A model generated the notes under the pieces. It was not told the origin of the DNA, did no database searches, and saw nothing but the letters and a program-made list of their open reading frames with translations. From positions 372,001 to 436,000 of the forward strand of contig AP039697.1 of the NCBI GenBank assembly GCA_051599415.1: 64,000 nt of DNA. The letters are read 5' to 3'. This document shows positions 46,901 through 57,127 of the stretch, piece after piece. Each line of letters begins with the position of its first letter. Positions within the stretch are counted from its first letter, which is position 1. This DNA is from Savitreella phatthalungensis. Its lineage: Eukaryota. Position numbers and translations under genes: made by a program.

Positions 46901-48743
46901 TTGGACTTGATGGCACTCTTCATTGGCTTTCAGGGAAAAATGAAATACAAGATGGAGATCAGCCACATGGAAAGCCTATAAACTTACTCGCTGTCGCTAC
47001 TGCTGTCAGTGTCGTTGTCGGTGTTTTCCTTCTTTAGCTTCGAGCACCACTGACACGGCGGTAGAAGTTCGGTCGACTGATACCTCTATCGCTTGCTGAT
47101 GTCGTCGTCAGTCTTTGCAAACAGACCATGCAGATCGAGCCGGGTTTCGATGATTCCGTCACTCATCCCCTCTCCTTAAATGCTTCAACCTTTCGATCCG
47201 GGATCCTGCATCTCTGATGATCGACATTCTTCCCTGTCCAGCTCCAAGCCTAGTCTCAATCTTCCAAACGTTAAGTAAGGCGTCTGTCTGGCTTCATGCT
47301 CACTCCCAACCCAGATGTCTATTGAAGCGAGCATCATAAGTGTCATTGACAACCACAAATTCTCCTAGTGTGCGGTGCGCGAGGCGGGCTTGAAGTTAAA
47401 AATTAGGGAAATTAAAAGCGCCTCAAAGGTGGCTGCATTGGCCATCAGATTTGAATTCCAGGTTCCAATCTACTTTCTGAGGATTTTCATCCTTTCACCC
47501 AACTGGCCCAGAACTAACTTTCAGTTCTTAAAAATGAAGGGAGCCTACCTTTGGAGCAGTATCTTGACGCCGTATGGCATGGGTCTTTCCGCAAGATCTT
47601 TGGAGAACCATAAGTAAAGTCACTCTGCTATGGATCTGCTTTTGGTCCTTGTGATCCCAAGACGCATTGTCTCGGAGTGTCTGTGTGCTTGGGGATTCTA
47701 TGTAATCGATCGATTGTCATGAGAGTGCGCTATGACAGTAGAGGCTCTCGTGACCAGCTCAGCTGACCTCGCTTATCGGCACCCTGCGTAACTCATAGCT
47801 CTGTGCATCACATCCCTTCACATCTCTCTCCCACGGATGCACAATATCATCCGTCGATCGAGAGTAGTACATGGGTCGCCGATGTCCCAGAGGTCCATCG
47901 AGCGCGCGTGTGAGAGTGTGACGACAACAAAAGTCTTAAAAGTATATGCCACGGTATACTTCAGAATCGGGTCGTCCGCCCGATTGAGACAAAAGGTAAT
48001 CTAGAGGGTTGCTCCATCGGGAATACGGCCTTTCTCAGGCTGAGTCTTGCAGTGGGTGACGGGGATGTAAGAGCTCGCCTGCTATGCAGATCCCGGCAGG
48101 GTTCCTGATCCACAAGGACTCGCCTATTTAAGGCGTCCGGAGCCTTGTTTTTTCTTCTTTCGAGTACATACAGTACAGGACTTAATTGACTGGTATACAA
48201 AGGGCGGCGCCCCATTCCTTACATTTATAAACTTCAAGGCGTCCTTGTTATCATGCACTGTGAGACACAATACCGATCGCTCTAGAGAGCGAGTTTGCTT
48301 GAGAATATGTTTAATGCGTCTTCTTTGTTTGCTCCTGCTGACGTCTTCTTGGACAAAGGACATGACGGTGAATGTACGTGTTCTGCCTGATTGCGTCGAG
48401 TAGACGAGCGAGGTAAAAGCGTGCCTTTCATCTGTCACATGTCGGTGACGTCCTCTATGCTCGCAACCGCAATCTTGTGCTCTCCTCACGTGCGTGTGAA
48501 TTTGTGAGACAATAGCTGACCGTGCTGGCGGCATCACAATCAAGCAAAGCTCACATTCGTTCATCATGGCCGGTCCAGAAACTCTAAAATCTTGATCGAT
48601 CGAAATTTAAGCTTGAGGTAGAACAGGTCAGGCAGAGTGTGTACCACGTGCTCGAAAGCTCAAAGACGTACAGCTAGGTGTATCTCTAAGATTCAATTTT
48701 TGTTTGTCTAGTGAGGCAAGGGAGGGCAGGGGTTGGACATAGT

Positions 48744-51317
48744 CTACTGCATACCATTCAGGATGCCAACGTCTGAGACGTTGTTTGACATGGTGGGATC
48801 GAATCCCATGTTCATGAATGCTGACATGTCGCTTGCTCCGTTGGGGACGTTGCCCATCAGTCCGATCATTGGATCGTTGCCGGTGTTGTTGGCAAAGGAC
48901 ATGCCGTTCGGGTTTCCGAGCGACATTGGGTCGACACCGCCTAGCATGACATCCGCACCGCTCATCCCGTTCATCATCATGTTGCCATCGAGACCACCCA
49001 TGCCGCCGAGCATCGACAAGTCGTCCATTCCAGCACTTCCTCCCATCATTTCGAAGCTCATGTTGCCGTTGTTCATGCTGCCAGGGTTCAATGATTGCTG
49101 CTGCTGCTGTTGCGGAGTCTGCGGTGGGACAAGGTTAGCAAGCTGAGCCATGTACGTCTGCATTGCGCTATTGCCACCAGCTTGTATTGGCTGCTGACCT
49201 TGGCTCGATGGAGGTCGTCTTTGCTGCTGCTGTTGCTGTTGCATGCCTATCGTATTCATGTTCTGTACACGAGGTGAAGAACTCTGGCCTTGTGGCGGCT
49301 GTTGCTGCTGTTGCTGAAACTGCTGGAATTGCTGCAGTCGTTGCATAGAGTTCATCGCCGGGTTGAAGCCTGCAGCAGCAGCGTTTGCGCCAGCTGCACT
49401 AGGCGACTGCTGGAGGAATTGCTGCATCTGCTGTGGATTTTGTAGGTTGACAGCTCTCGGAATGTTCCCTGGATCTTGTCGTGCGAATGTGTTCATGCCA
49501 GCATTGTTGCCCGCGAGAAATCCTTGACCTGCTGCGGCGGCAGCTTGAGCAGCTGCCATCGCTTGGCGCTGTAGAATCTGCTGCTGCTGCTGAGGCGGTA
49601 TCCGCTGAGCATTCATCTGCGCAACCATCTGTTGGCGCAGCAGCATCTGTTGCTGTTGCTGTGCGATGTACTGCTGGCCTTGAGGTGTTCTTTGCTGCTG
49701 CTGTTGCTGCTGCACCTGCTGCTGCTGTTGTGGTTGTTGATGCTGTTGGCGTGGCGAGGCCTGCTGTTGCTGATGAGGTGGCAGCAGATGCTGGAATTGT
49801 TGAGCCGTTGGCATTTGACCTTGAGCCTGTGGTGTGAATTGCTGAGGTGGAATCTGCGGATGACGGCGAGGACCTTGTTGAACGCTTTGCTGAGGTGTCA
49901 AACGCTGCATAGCCATTTTTTGTTGTTGCTGCTGCTGCTGTTGTTGTTGCTGCTGCTGCGGAAGCATTTGCTGCTGGGCGGCTGGCGACCCACGCATACG
50001 TTGACCCTGTCCCTGCATCTGTGCCTGCCGCTGTGCCATGTTTGGATACGGTGACGCACGCGCTTGTCCCTGCCGAGCCATGGCAGCTTGTCGAGATGCG
50101 TCAAGCGCAGGGGACGCAACTCGCTGATGCTGTTGCGGCATGAGACCTGGCATGCCAGGCGAAGGAGGCATCGGTGATTGTTGCTGTTGCTGCTGCCCTT
50201 GTGGCGGGAGAGGAGAGGGAGCTCCAGGCATGAATGCAGGCGTGCCGCGCTGCTGCTGAGCCTGCAAGAGCTGCAGTTGCTGTTGCTGTTGCTGATGCTG
50301 CTCAGCGATGGTCTGCTGAGCACGGATTGCCTGTGCTGAGCCCGAAGATGGTGGACGTCCGCGCGGCCGAGGCTGCGCTTGTGGTGTTGAAGTGGCAGGC
50401 GACTGCGGTTTCCCTCTCGAGACTTGTCTCGCATGCTGTAAAGCGGGATTCGCTGCACCAGTCGTAGGTGTGGAACCGCGTGCTGCGAGCTTCCCCGCCG
50501 CGGACTGACTTGGATGCTGCTGGTATTGCGCAGATGCTGGTGTTCCTAGAGCACCCGCCTGGTGCGGTGTTCCGTGAGCTCCGATGGCTGGAGACGCAGA
50601 CGGAGGACCTGCAGATTTGCCAGTCGCAATCGGAGGTGGCATGACGCGCGGCATCGCGACAGCGAATAGGTTGGTCAGCCGAACGTAGAATTCCTTCAAG
50701 TCCGAAGCATCCGGAGGTGGAGTCATAATTGTCGGACGTTGCAGGCCACCTGTAGCTGTGATATTGGCTAGAACATTCAAGTTTGCCTGAAGACGGCGGA
50801 TACATGCCTGATAGGCAGCTTGCCGCTTGTTGTCGGCAGCTGCACTAATCGGCTTCTCATTGGTGCTGCCGGCTTCTGCAGAGGACGATGAGATTGGTGG
50901 ACTCTTGAACTTGAGAGATCTGCTGAGAAGTCGTGCGTTGAGCTCGAGCAAGGTTTCCACAATCTCGGACGCAGGGGAAGAGGCCTGTGCCGGCGCTGCT
51001 GGTGTGGGCGGGGTATTTGCAGAATGAGGTGTGGATGAACGGTCATGAGCAGTGCCAGCGATGGGAGAGGCTGTGCCAGTCAATGTCCGTGGAAGTTGCT
51101 GATGCCGTGCTGCGGGAGATGAGCGTGAGGCAGAAGCTGCTACTCCTGCGAGCCTTTGTCGTGGTTTGTGTGCATCAAGGTTGGTCGGCTCCTGCTGCTG
51201 TTGCGGCCTAGCTGCTCCACTCCAGGGACTACCAAGGCCGCCTGTCGCGGCTCCAGCATGGCCAGAATAGCCGTGGTCATGCGAGAGATGGCCAAGCAAT
51301 GCCGGATTGACGTTCAT
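48744..51317 (-). CDS. Q-rich protein with SSXT/SS18-like helical motif (possible SWI/SNF-associated coactivator)
   Basis: 857-codon ORF. LLELNARLL..YQACIRRLQANLNVLA resembles the SS18 N-terminal helix pattern; long Q/P tracts and an M/G/N-rich tail. Confidence 0.6.
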   Translation of the reverse strand: MNVNPALLGHLSHDHGYSGHAGAATGGLGSPWSGAARPQQQQEPTNLDAHKPRQRLAGVAASASRSSPAARHQQLPRTLTGTASPIAGTAHDRSSTPHSANTPPTPAAPAQASSPASEIVETLLELNARLLSRSLKFKSPPISSSSAEAGSTNEKPISAAADNKRQAAYQACIRRLQANLNVLANITATGGLQRPTIMTPPPDASDLKEFYVRLTNLFAVAMPRVMPPPIATGKSAGPPSASPAIGAHGTPHQAGALGTPASAQYQQHPSQSAAGKLAARGSTPTTGAANPALQHARQVSRGKPQSPATSTPQAQPRPRGRPPSSGSAQAIRAQQTIAEQHQQQQQQLQLLQAQQQRGTPAFMPGAPSPLPPQGQQQQQQSPMPPSPGMPGLMPQQHQRVASPALDASRQAAMARQGQARASPYPNMAQRQAQMQGQGQRMRGSPAAQQQMLPQQQQQQQQQQQQQKMAMQRLTPQQSVQQGPRRHPQIPPQQFTPQAQGQMPTAQQFQHLLPPHQQQQASPRQQHQQPQQQQQVQQQQQQQRTPQGQQYIAQQQQQMLLRQQMVAQMNAQRIPPQQQQQILQRQAMAAAQAAAAAGQGFLAGNNAGMNTFARQDPGNIPRAVNLQNPQQMQQFLQQSPSAAGANAAAAGFNPAMNSMQRLQQFQQFQQQQQQPPQGQSSSPRVQNMNTIGMQQQQQQQRRPPSSQGQQPIQAGGNSAMQTYMAQLANLVPPQTPQQQQQQSLNPGSMNNGNMSFEMMGGSAGMDDLSMLGGMGGLDGNMMMNGMSGADVMLGGVDPMSLGNPNGMSFANNTGNDPMIGLMGNVPNGASDMSAFMNMGFDPTMSNNVSDVGILNGMQ

Positions 51318-52713
51318 TTGTGAAATTCAGGACACGGAGGAGTGAACCTGCGGTCGGCGAGAGAGGTCGGATTATGGCGAGATAGGAAAACGATTCGCCA
51401 GATTGATAAGCTCGTCAATGTCAGGTCCGTGTCGGGGCTTGGTGCCGCTCCAGGGCGCAAGCGCGCAGCTTGTATCACGATGAAGGTTAAGCACGGAAGC
51501 TCAAGCGCGGGAATATTTTCGCACGCACACGCGTGTCGGAAAGAGTGGGCGAGACCTGACGATCCAAATCGACAGGACTGCGTGGAAACGTGTCAGGAAT
51601 GTCGCGCGTTTTGGGAAAATACTGGTCAGCAGGTGAAGTGCTTGCACAACGCGTGCTAAATGTCGCCGAAACTTTTCGGCACGTTCCCTGGACCGAACGC
51701 TTACTGCCTTGTAGGGTGGTGGGAGTCTTCGACGTCAGAGGCCGCCAGTACGTTTAGAACGACGCACGGATTGAGACTTGATTCCCTGTCAATATCCAGA
51801 TTGAAGGGCTACGTTCGACCGTCGTCAATGATAGCAACGTGCGTCGCGTCCAATAGTCTGTCGAATTGTTTTGTTATCGACTGCAAAGTGAATGTGTGAG
51901 ATCAAACTCCCGAGTGGATGGGATGAGAAATACTCAAGAAACGCGTGATTGTGTGGATAGTTTGGTAGGGGATGAAGCTGGGGATCGACGGCGCGTCTCA
52001 GTAGTATGACGAAAGAAGCTTGTGAGTAGATCGCCAGGTGGGGCTAGACGATGTAGTGTGGGATGAATGGAGTGTAGGGATGAGGGGGTAGGTGTGCTTA
52101 GGGCGAGTGGGTTGGAAACGAAGGGAAGAGAGGAAGAGGGAAAGGGAAGGAGAGATGTGGAGACAGACGAATCGACTTGGAAGAGGGAAGAGAAAGAGAT
52201 GTAGTGGACCTGGCTTCCGGTTACGGAGTGGATATGTGAAGGGGGATGACAGATGTATGGGATGGAAAAGATGGACAGCTGGATTGATGGGTGGGGGAGA
52301 TGGTGGATCGGAGACTGGGTTAGGTAAATGGATGGACACTATACCTGTTGACAGGTATGGATGACAGCTGCTTGATCGTCCCACCCTTGCCTCCAGCACT
52401 AATGAGGATTATTTGATTCCAGATGGAGTGCACAAGATGCTATGCGCACACGCAAGAGCGAGGCGAGGCGAGTGAGCGAATGAATGAGTCCAGTCTTGGG
52501 TGTAGACCTCTAGCTTGCTGACTCCCGGATTGACAGGGCGTAGTCGCGCGAGCAGGGTAGACAAACGCCTAGGAAAGCAGACGGGTAGCCAGGCAGACAG
52601 GGGCGTTGGAGTGCAGGCGCTGTGATGCGGACGCGCGGACACAGTCGCAGACGCGGGGTAGGGGTTCTGCAGGTGTTTGGTTGTGGATGTGGATGTGGAT
52701 ATGGTTGGGTGAG

Positions 52714-52740
52714 AGGAAGGAAGGAAGGAAGGAAGGAAGG
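52714..52740. repeat. (GAAG)n microsatellite
   Basis: About 6.5 copies; reads as a pyrimidine tract on the minus strand. Confidence 0.85.
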
Positions 52741-53666
52741 GTATGATGGGACGATCGATAAGTTAGAAGTGAAGGAAGGAGGAATCAGGGCTGTGTTGTC
52801 GGCCGAGTGCGGGACTCGTCATGACAAATCTTGATTCGTCCATTCGACAGTCAACGCTAGAAGGTAGTCTAATTCATTTCTAAAACTAGCCTGAGTAGAG
52901 GAGAAAGCGCAATTCATCAGAATTGATAAGGTCAATTATTATATACTTATTACAAGACAGTCGCCTAAATCTGAGATTTGTCCATCTTCTTCTTCTTCTT
53001 CCACTGCTTCATGTGCGAGATATCAAAATATCCTTGACCTGCTCTAGATTGCAACGCATATCTCGTTTCGCAGAAGAATCGGCTGGCGTTCGAGATCAGA
53101 TTATACCTACTGTAGATTCACGTTCGCCTGGAATTCTCATGGTCAAGCGTCAGATGAAGAGAATGACGAAGTTTGGTAATAATCCCAGAGACTATACTAA
53201 TCTTATTTGAAACAGAAGAAAATTATAAGCAATTAGACTGGTCACAAGCCATGTGTATCTGAGATCTGCTGAATCCTACCACAAGCGGATCTTTTCATTC
53301 TACCTGACACCATCATGTTTCATCGTCTTGCTCGAGTAAATTGACCTGGGGATCTGATCCAAGTCAATTTGAGTCTCAATGTTTCGAGTAGATTGTGAGT
53401 TTGGATCATCGCCTGAGTCAAACACCTTGAGCACGACTACCTTTGGCAGATCGATACGCCTGTCGCGTTGCTCCAGCAGGACGGTGGACAATAGTCGACG
53501 AATACTGTAGATGACTTGAAGACATGAATCTATAGCTGGTCATGCGATCCCCGTTGTTTCTGTGGCTTCACTACATGTACTGGCCATTCGCTTCCAGTCG
53601 CACCTCAAGTTACAGCTGCACCTCTACTCGTTGAGCACTAGCAGAGAAGATATTCTGGACGTGCCG

Positions 53667-53704
53667 TGCTATTCTTTGCTATTCTGTGCTATTCTGTGCT
53701 GTTC
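53667..53704. repeat. 10-bp tandem repeat (TGCTATTCTG) x~4
   Basis: Direct reading of the sequence. Confidence 0.75.
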
Positions 53705-54144
53705 CACTCTGTTCTGTCCTATTCCCATATGAACTTTTTCGATGCGCATGTTGTGCTCTGAGATCCTGCATAGTCCTGCCCTTAACTAGTCTGCGTCAAT
53801 CGATTTGCATCAGGAGACAAGTGCTCAAACAAGAGACTTGATGTTCGATCGAATGCACGCTCTGGATCATGCCCGTCCACCGCGATGTACAGATCTTTTT
53901 GGTCAGCTGGTTGGCGTTCTATGAGACAATCAAGTGACAAGATGTCCTGCGCGAGAAGCGTACGCTTCCGGTATTGCCTCAAAACGTGCACTCATAGCGC
54001 ACGGGAAGTTTCCCGTCTTCAAGCTTCATGAGTGCTTGTACTCATACGATCAGGTCCTTATGTCGTGCAGACAAGGATTACGCCCGCGCGCGTCACGCAT
54101 CGCTTGTCGAAAGATAGTCACCCCAAGCCAGGATACAGGGAACT

Positions 54145-55437
54145 ATGATGTGCCTCTTGTTTCCGTTCGTTGCACTATCTCTAGCGGCGCGAAACACAGC
54201 TACCTGGCTCCTCACTACAGGCAGGAGTCAGAGACAATTCGAAGAGCTCCTTCACCCATCAATCCGTGGCTCGATTCTCCCGAGCAGACAATGGCAAACC
54301 ATGGGAGCTATTGAGCTACAATTCACTACATCACGAACAGCTATAGAAAGCCTCCGTCGTACTCGAGGGATCAGAATTGAGATCGACTCTGTGGTCGAGG
54401 CTGACTACAGACCAGATGAGCTCGGTGAGACTACCTGGGCTTTACAACGTATCTCGCACCCTGAACCGATTTCCAAATGGCACTACCAAGATGCTACCAG
54501 AACTTCCTGGACTTATGCATACGAGCGTTACCACCTCGGTTTCGGAACTGAAATTTATGTGCTCGATGACGGCGTATTTTGTGATCACCATGAACTAGAA
54601 GGCAGGTGCTTGGCACCACCAGGATTAGATGTGACATACAAGCGGCATAAAGATCAACATCATAATCATCAGTATGACGATGAGGATCGTGCCCAGACCG
54701 ACGGCGCAGACAGGCATGGCCCAGATCGACCGCATCCGCAGCCGAAAGATACACACGGCACCTGGTGCGCAGCAGCAGCTGCAGGAAATGGCATCGGCGT
54801 GGCTGCAGCAGCGACGGTCATCTCTGTTCAGACTGAGCGAGAGGGAGGAGTTCGCGTGATGAGTGATCTGGTTGCTGGCATCGATAGCATCCTGCAGAGA
54901 CTCGGGAAGCATAACAGACCCGCAGTCATTTCAGCCTCGGTCAGCTCCAGAACGGGCCAGAGTCAGGCTCTCGACAACGCTGTGGAAGCAGCGCTCGCTA
55001 GTCTCGTCCCTTACGTCGTGTCTGCGGGCAACACGAACGTCGATGCATGCACGCAATCACCACATCAGGTGCATGGAGCTATTGTCGTCGGATCTACCGA
55101 CATACGCGACAGATTCGCTCGATTCTCATCGTGGGGAAAGTGTGTGTCCATCATGGCACCTGGCGTCGATGTCATCACAGCAGCTTGGAGTGCAAAAGAG
55201 CCAGAGATAAAGGACCTTTACGAAGTTACTAGTGGGACAAGTCTCAGCACAGCGTACGTGGCTGGGGCAGTCGCCATCGCGCTAAGCATGATGCCACACA
55301 AACTGAACTCGATAGAGTACATGGCTCCATGGCTGCAAAAAATGTCACTCAAGGGTGCTATCAAGAGCTTGCCTCCACTGACGCCTGATTATCTCCTGCA
55401 AACGACGTTCTCACAGCACGAAGCAGCAGATTCCTGA
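54145..55437 (+). CDS. Secreted subtilisin-like S8A protease, array copy 1
   Basis: Signal peptide, WALQRIS, YVLDDG (Asp), HGT (His), SAGN, SGTSLST (Ser). Confidence 0.9.
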   Translation: MMCLLFPFVALSLAARNTATWLLTTGRSQRQFEELLHPSIRGSILPSRQWQTMGAIELQFTTSRTAIESLRRTRGIRIEIDSVVEADYRPDELGETTWALQRISHPEPISKWHYQDATRTSWTYAYERYHLGFGTEIYVLDDGVFCDHHELEGRCLAPPGLDVTYKRHKDQHHNHQYDDEDRAQTDGADRHGPDRPHPQPKDTHGTWCAAAAAGNGIGVAAAATVISVQTEREGGVRVMSDLVAGIDSILQRLGKHNRPAVISASVSSRTGQSQALDNAVEAALASLVPYVVSAGNTNVDACTQSPHQVHGAIVVGSTDIRDRFARFSSWGKCVSIMAPGVDVITAAWSAKEPEIKDLYEVTSGTSLSTAYVAGAVAIALSMMPHKLNSIEYMAPWLQKMSLKGAIKSLPPLTPDYLLQTTFSQHEAADS

Positions 55438-55685
55438 GGTGAATCGGTCTCAGCCGCTTTCAAAAGCATGCGAATCCCAAACATTCCATCTGCGGCTCAT
55501 TCTTGTACTAAGGCGGCCAATTGGATGCGCAGCTAACGCCGCAATGAATCACTTCATTGGAGCATGATCTACGGAATTGAGATGATGATGCGCACGCGGG
55601 GTGAGTCACGAGCTAAGCACGTTGATGTGGTACGTCCAAGTTATAAGTATCCTCCAAGATCTCCTGGACAGGCCGATCAAAGTTC

Positions 55686-56945
55686 ATGCTCCTGTCGTAC
55701 CCTATCGTGCTAATCATCGGCGGCGTGCTCGCCGGTGGATCAAGCTCAAGCTGGATCCTCACCACAGCCCGACATCCTACGCCGGTCGAAGAGCTGCTCC
55801 ATCCGAGTCTGGCCAAGCGCAGTCTAGACTCAATAGAAGACAGACTCTCCGTCATCAACGGACTCGTCTTGACGCCAGACACGCCTGCAAGCGTCCTCAA
55901 TTCTGTCGACGCTCAGAGAGGCGTCCGACTCCATCGAGATGTGGTCATGCAGCTCGACGAACTCCGCGAGAGAGAGCACACAGGCTGGGGACTACAGCGT
56001 ATCAGCGATTTTCAACCCATTCCGCCCGAACTCAGAAGCTCGGCTAGAAATTCAGGGTTCGTCTATGTCTACGATGACAAAGCTGCAGGCAAAGGGGTCG
56101 AGGTCTATGTCATCGATAGTGGTATTATGTGTGAGCACATCGATTTTGAGGGTCGAGCGGAGTGTCCAAATGAGGGAGACATGACAGAGAAAGACCCGAA
56201 GAAACAATCGAACCAGCCAATCGAGGGTCATGGAACCGCTATCGCCTCTGTCATCGGTGGTGTAAACTTTGGAGTTGCCCCTGACGCAAACCTTATCTCA
56301 GTCAAGGTGCTCGATAAGGACAACACCATTCAGGGCAAGACAGTGATTGCGGGCATTGGATGGGTTTTGGATAACGTCGATCCACGCTGGCGCGCGCTCA
56401 TCAATTACTCCGGCGGTATTGTCCCTAACCCCGACCATGTTTACCAGGAGAACGAGCCAATCGACCAGGCTGTTCAGGCTGCCCTCGCAAAAGACGTCCC
56501 TTTTATTACGGCGACATACAACGAGCCCCTCAATGCATGCGTTCGTCCACCGGCCAAAGTTGAGGGTGTCATCATCGTATCGAGCTCAGACGTCAACGAT
56601 AAGTTCGATCAGAGCGCTGGTCGCGGCAGCTGTGTGACACTCATCGCACCTGGCGTCGATATTGTCAGTGCATCATTTGATCCTGCGCATCCTGAGATTG
56701 TCGATCTCTGCCAATCGACCCATGGAACTTCACTCGCCACTGCGTTTGTCTCTGGCGCTGTGGCTGTGTACGCCAGCATGCCTTCGACCAAGGACAAGTG
56801 GAAGGGGTCCCTGATAGCAGCATTCCTGCGTAACACCGCAGCGAAAGCGGTCGTTCAGGGTATTCCCCGAAACATTCCTGAGCGTGTGGGCACTACGCCG
56901 AATTTCCTGCTCCAGACGACCTTCTCACACTGGCGCCACGGCTGA
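55686..56945 (+). CDS. Secreted subtilisin-like S8A protease, array copy 2
   Basis: Signal peptide, WGLQRIS, YVIDSG, GHGT, ATYN, HGTSLAT. Confidence 0.9.
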   Translation: MLLSYPIVLIIGGVLAGGSSSSWILTTARHPTPVEELLHPSLAKRSLDSIEDRLSVINGLVLTPDTPASVLNSVDAQRGVRLHRDVVMQLDELREREHTGWGLQRISDFQPIPPELRSSARNSGFVYVYDDKAAGKGVEVYVIDSGIMCEHIDFEGRAECPNEGDMTEKDPKKQSNQPIEGHGTAIASVIGGVNFGVAPDANLISVKVLDKDNTIQGKTVIAGIGWVLDNVDPRWRALINYSGGIVPNPDHVYQENEPIDQAVQAALAKDVPFITATYNEPLNACVRPPAKVEGVIIVSSSDVNDKFDQSAGRGSCVTLIAPGVDIVSASFDPAHPEIVDLCQSTHGTSLATAFVSGAVAVYASMPSTKDKWKGSLIAAFLRNTAAKAVVQGIPRNIPERVGTTPNFLLQTTFSHWRHG

Positions 56946-57127
56946 TGGCAGATCACGCGCAACTTAAGCCTGGTCAGGGCACTAGGTCAGCCGCGCAGCT
57001 GATAAGGTGTCGCCGACCGCAACGAGCAGTACACCAAAGTCCGTCATAGCAGCCTAATCATCAGAAGCAAGCTCTAGGTTCGCTCTCCTACTGCAAATAT
57101 ACTCTATCTGGCGCCTAGTCAAGGCTA

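Noticed and set aside
51529..51946. Three ACGCGT (MCB) hexamers upstream of the Q-rich gene
   Set aside because: They fall inside the inferred 1.5-kb transcribed leader rather than the promoter, so a promoter role is unsupported.
52317..52324. CCTAACCC on the minus strand as a telomerase RNA template
   Set aside because: Only an 8-nt match; no pseudoknot or CR4/5 elements recognised; better explained as part of a CT-rich leader.
53300..53991. Short minus-strand ORFs (e.g. LPKVVVLKVFDS) as a fifth subtilase relic
   Set aside because: Wrong strand relative to the array, no catalytic motifs, no ATG or splice model.
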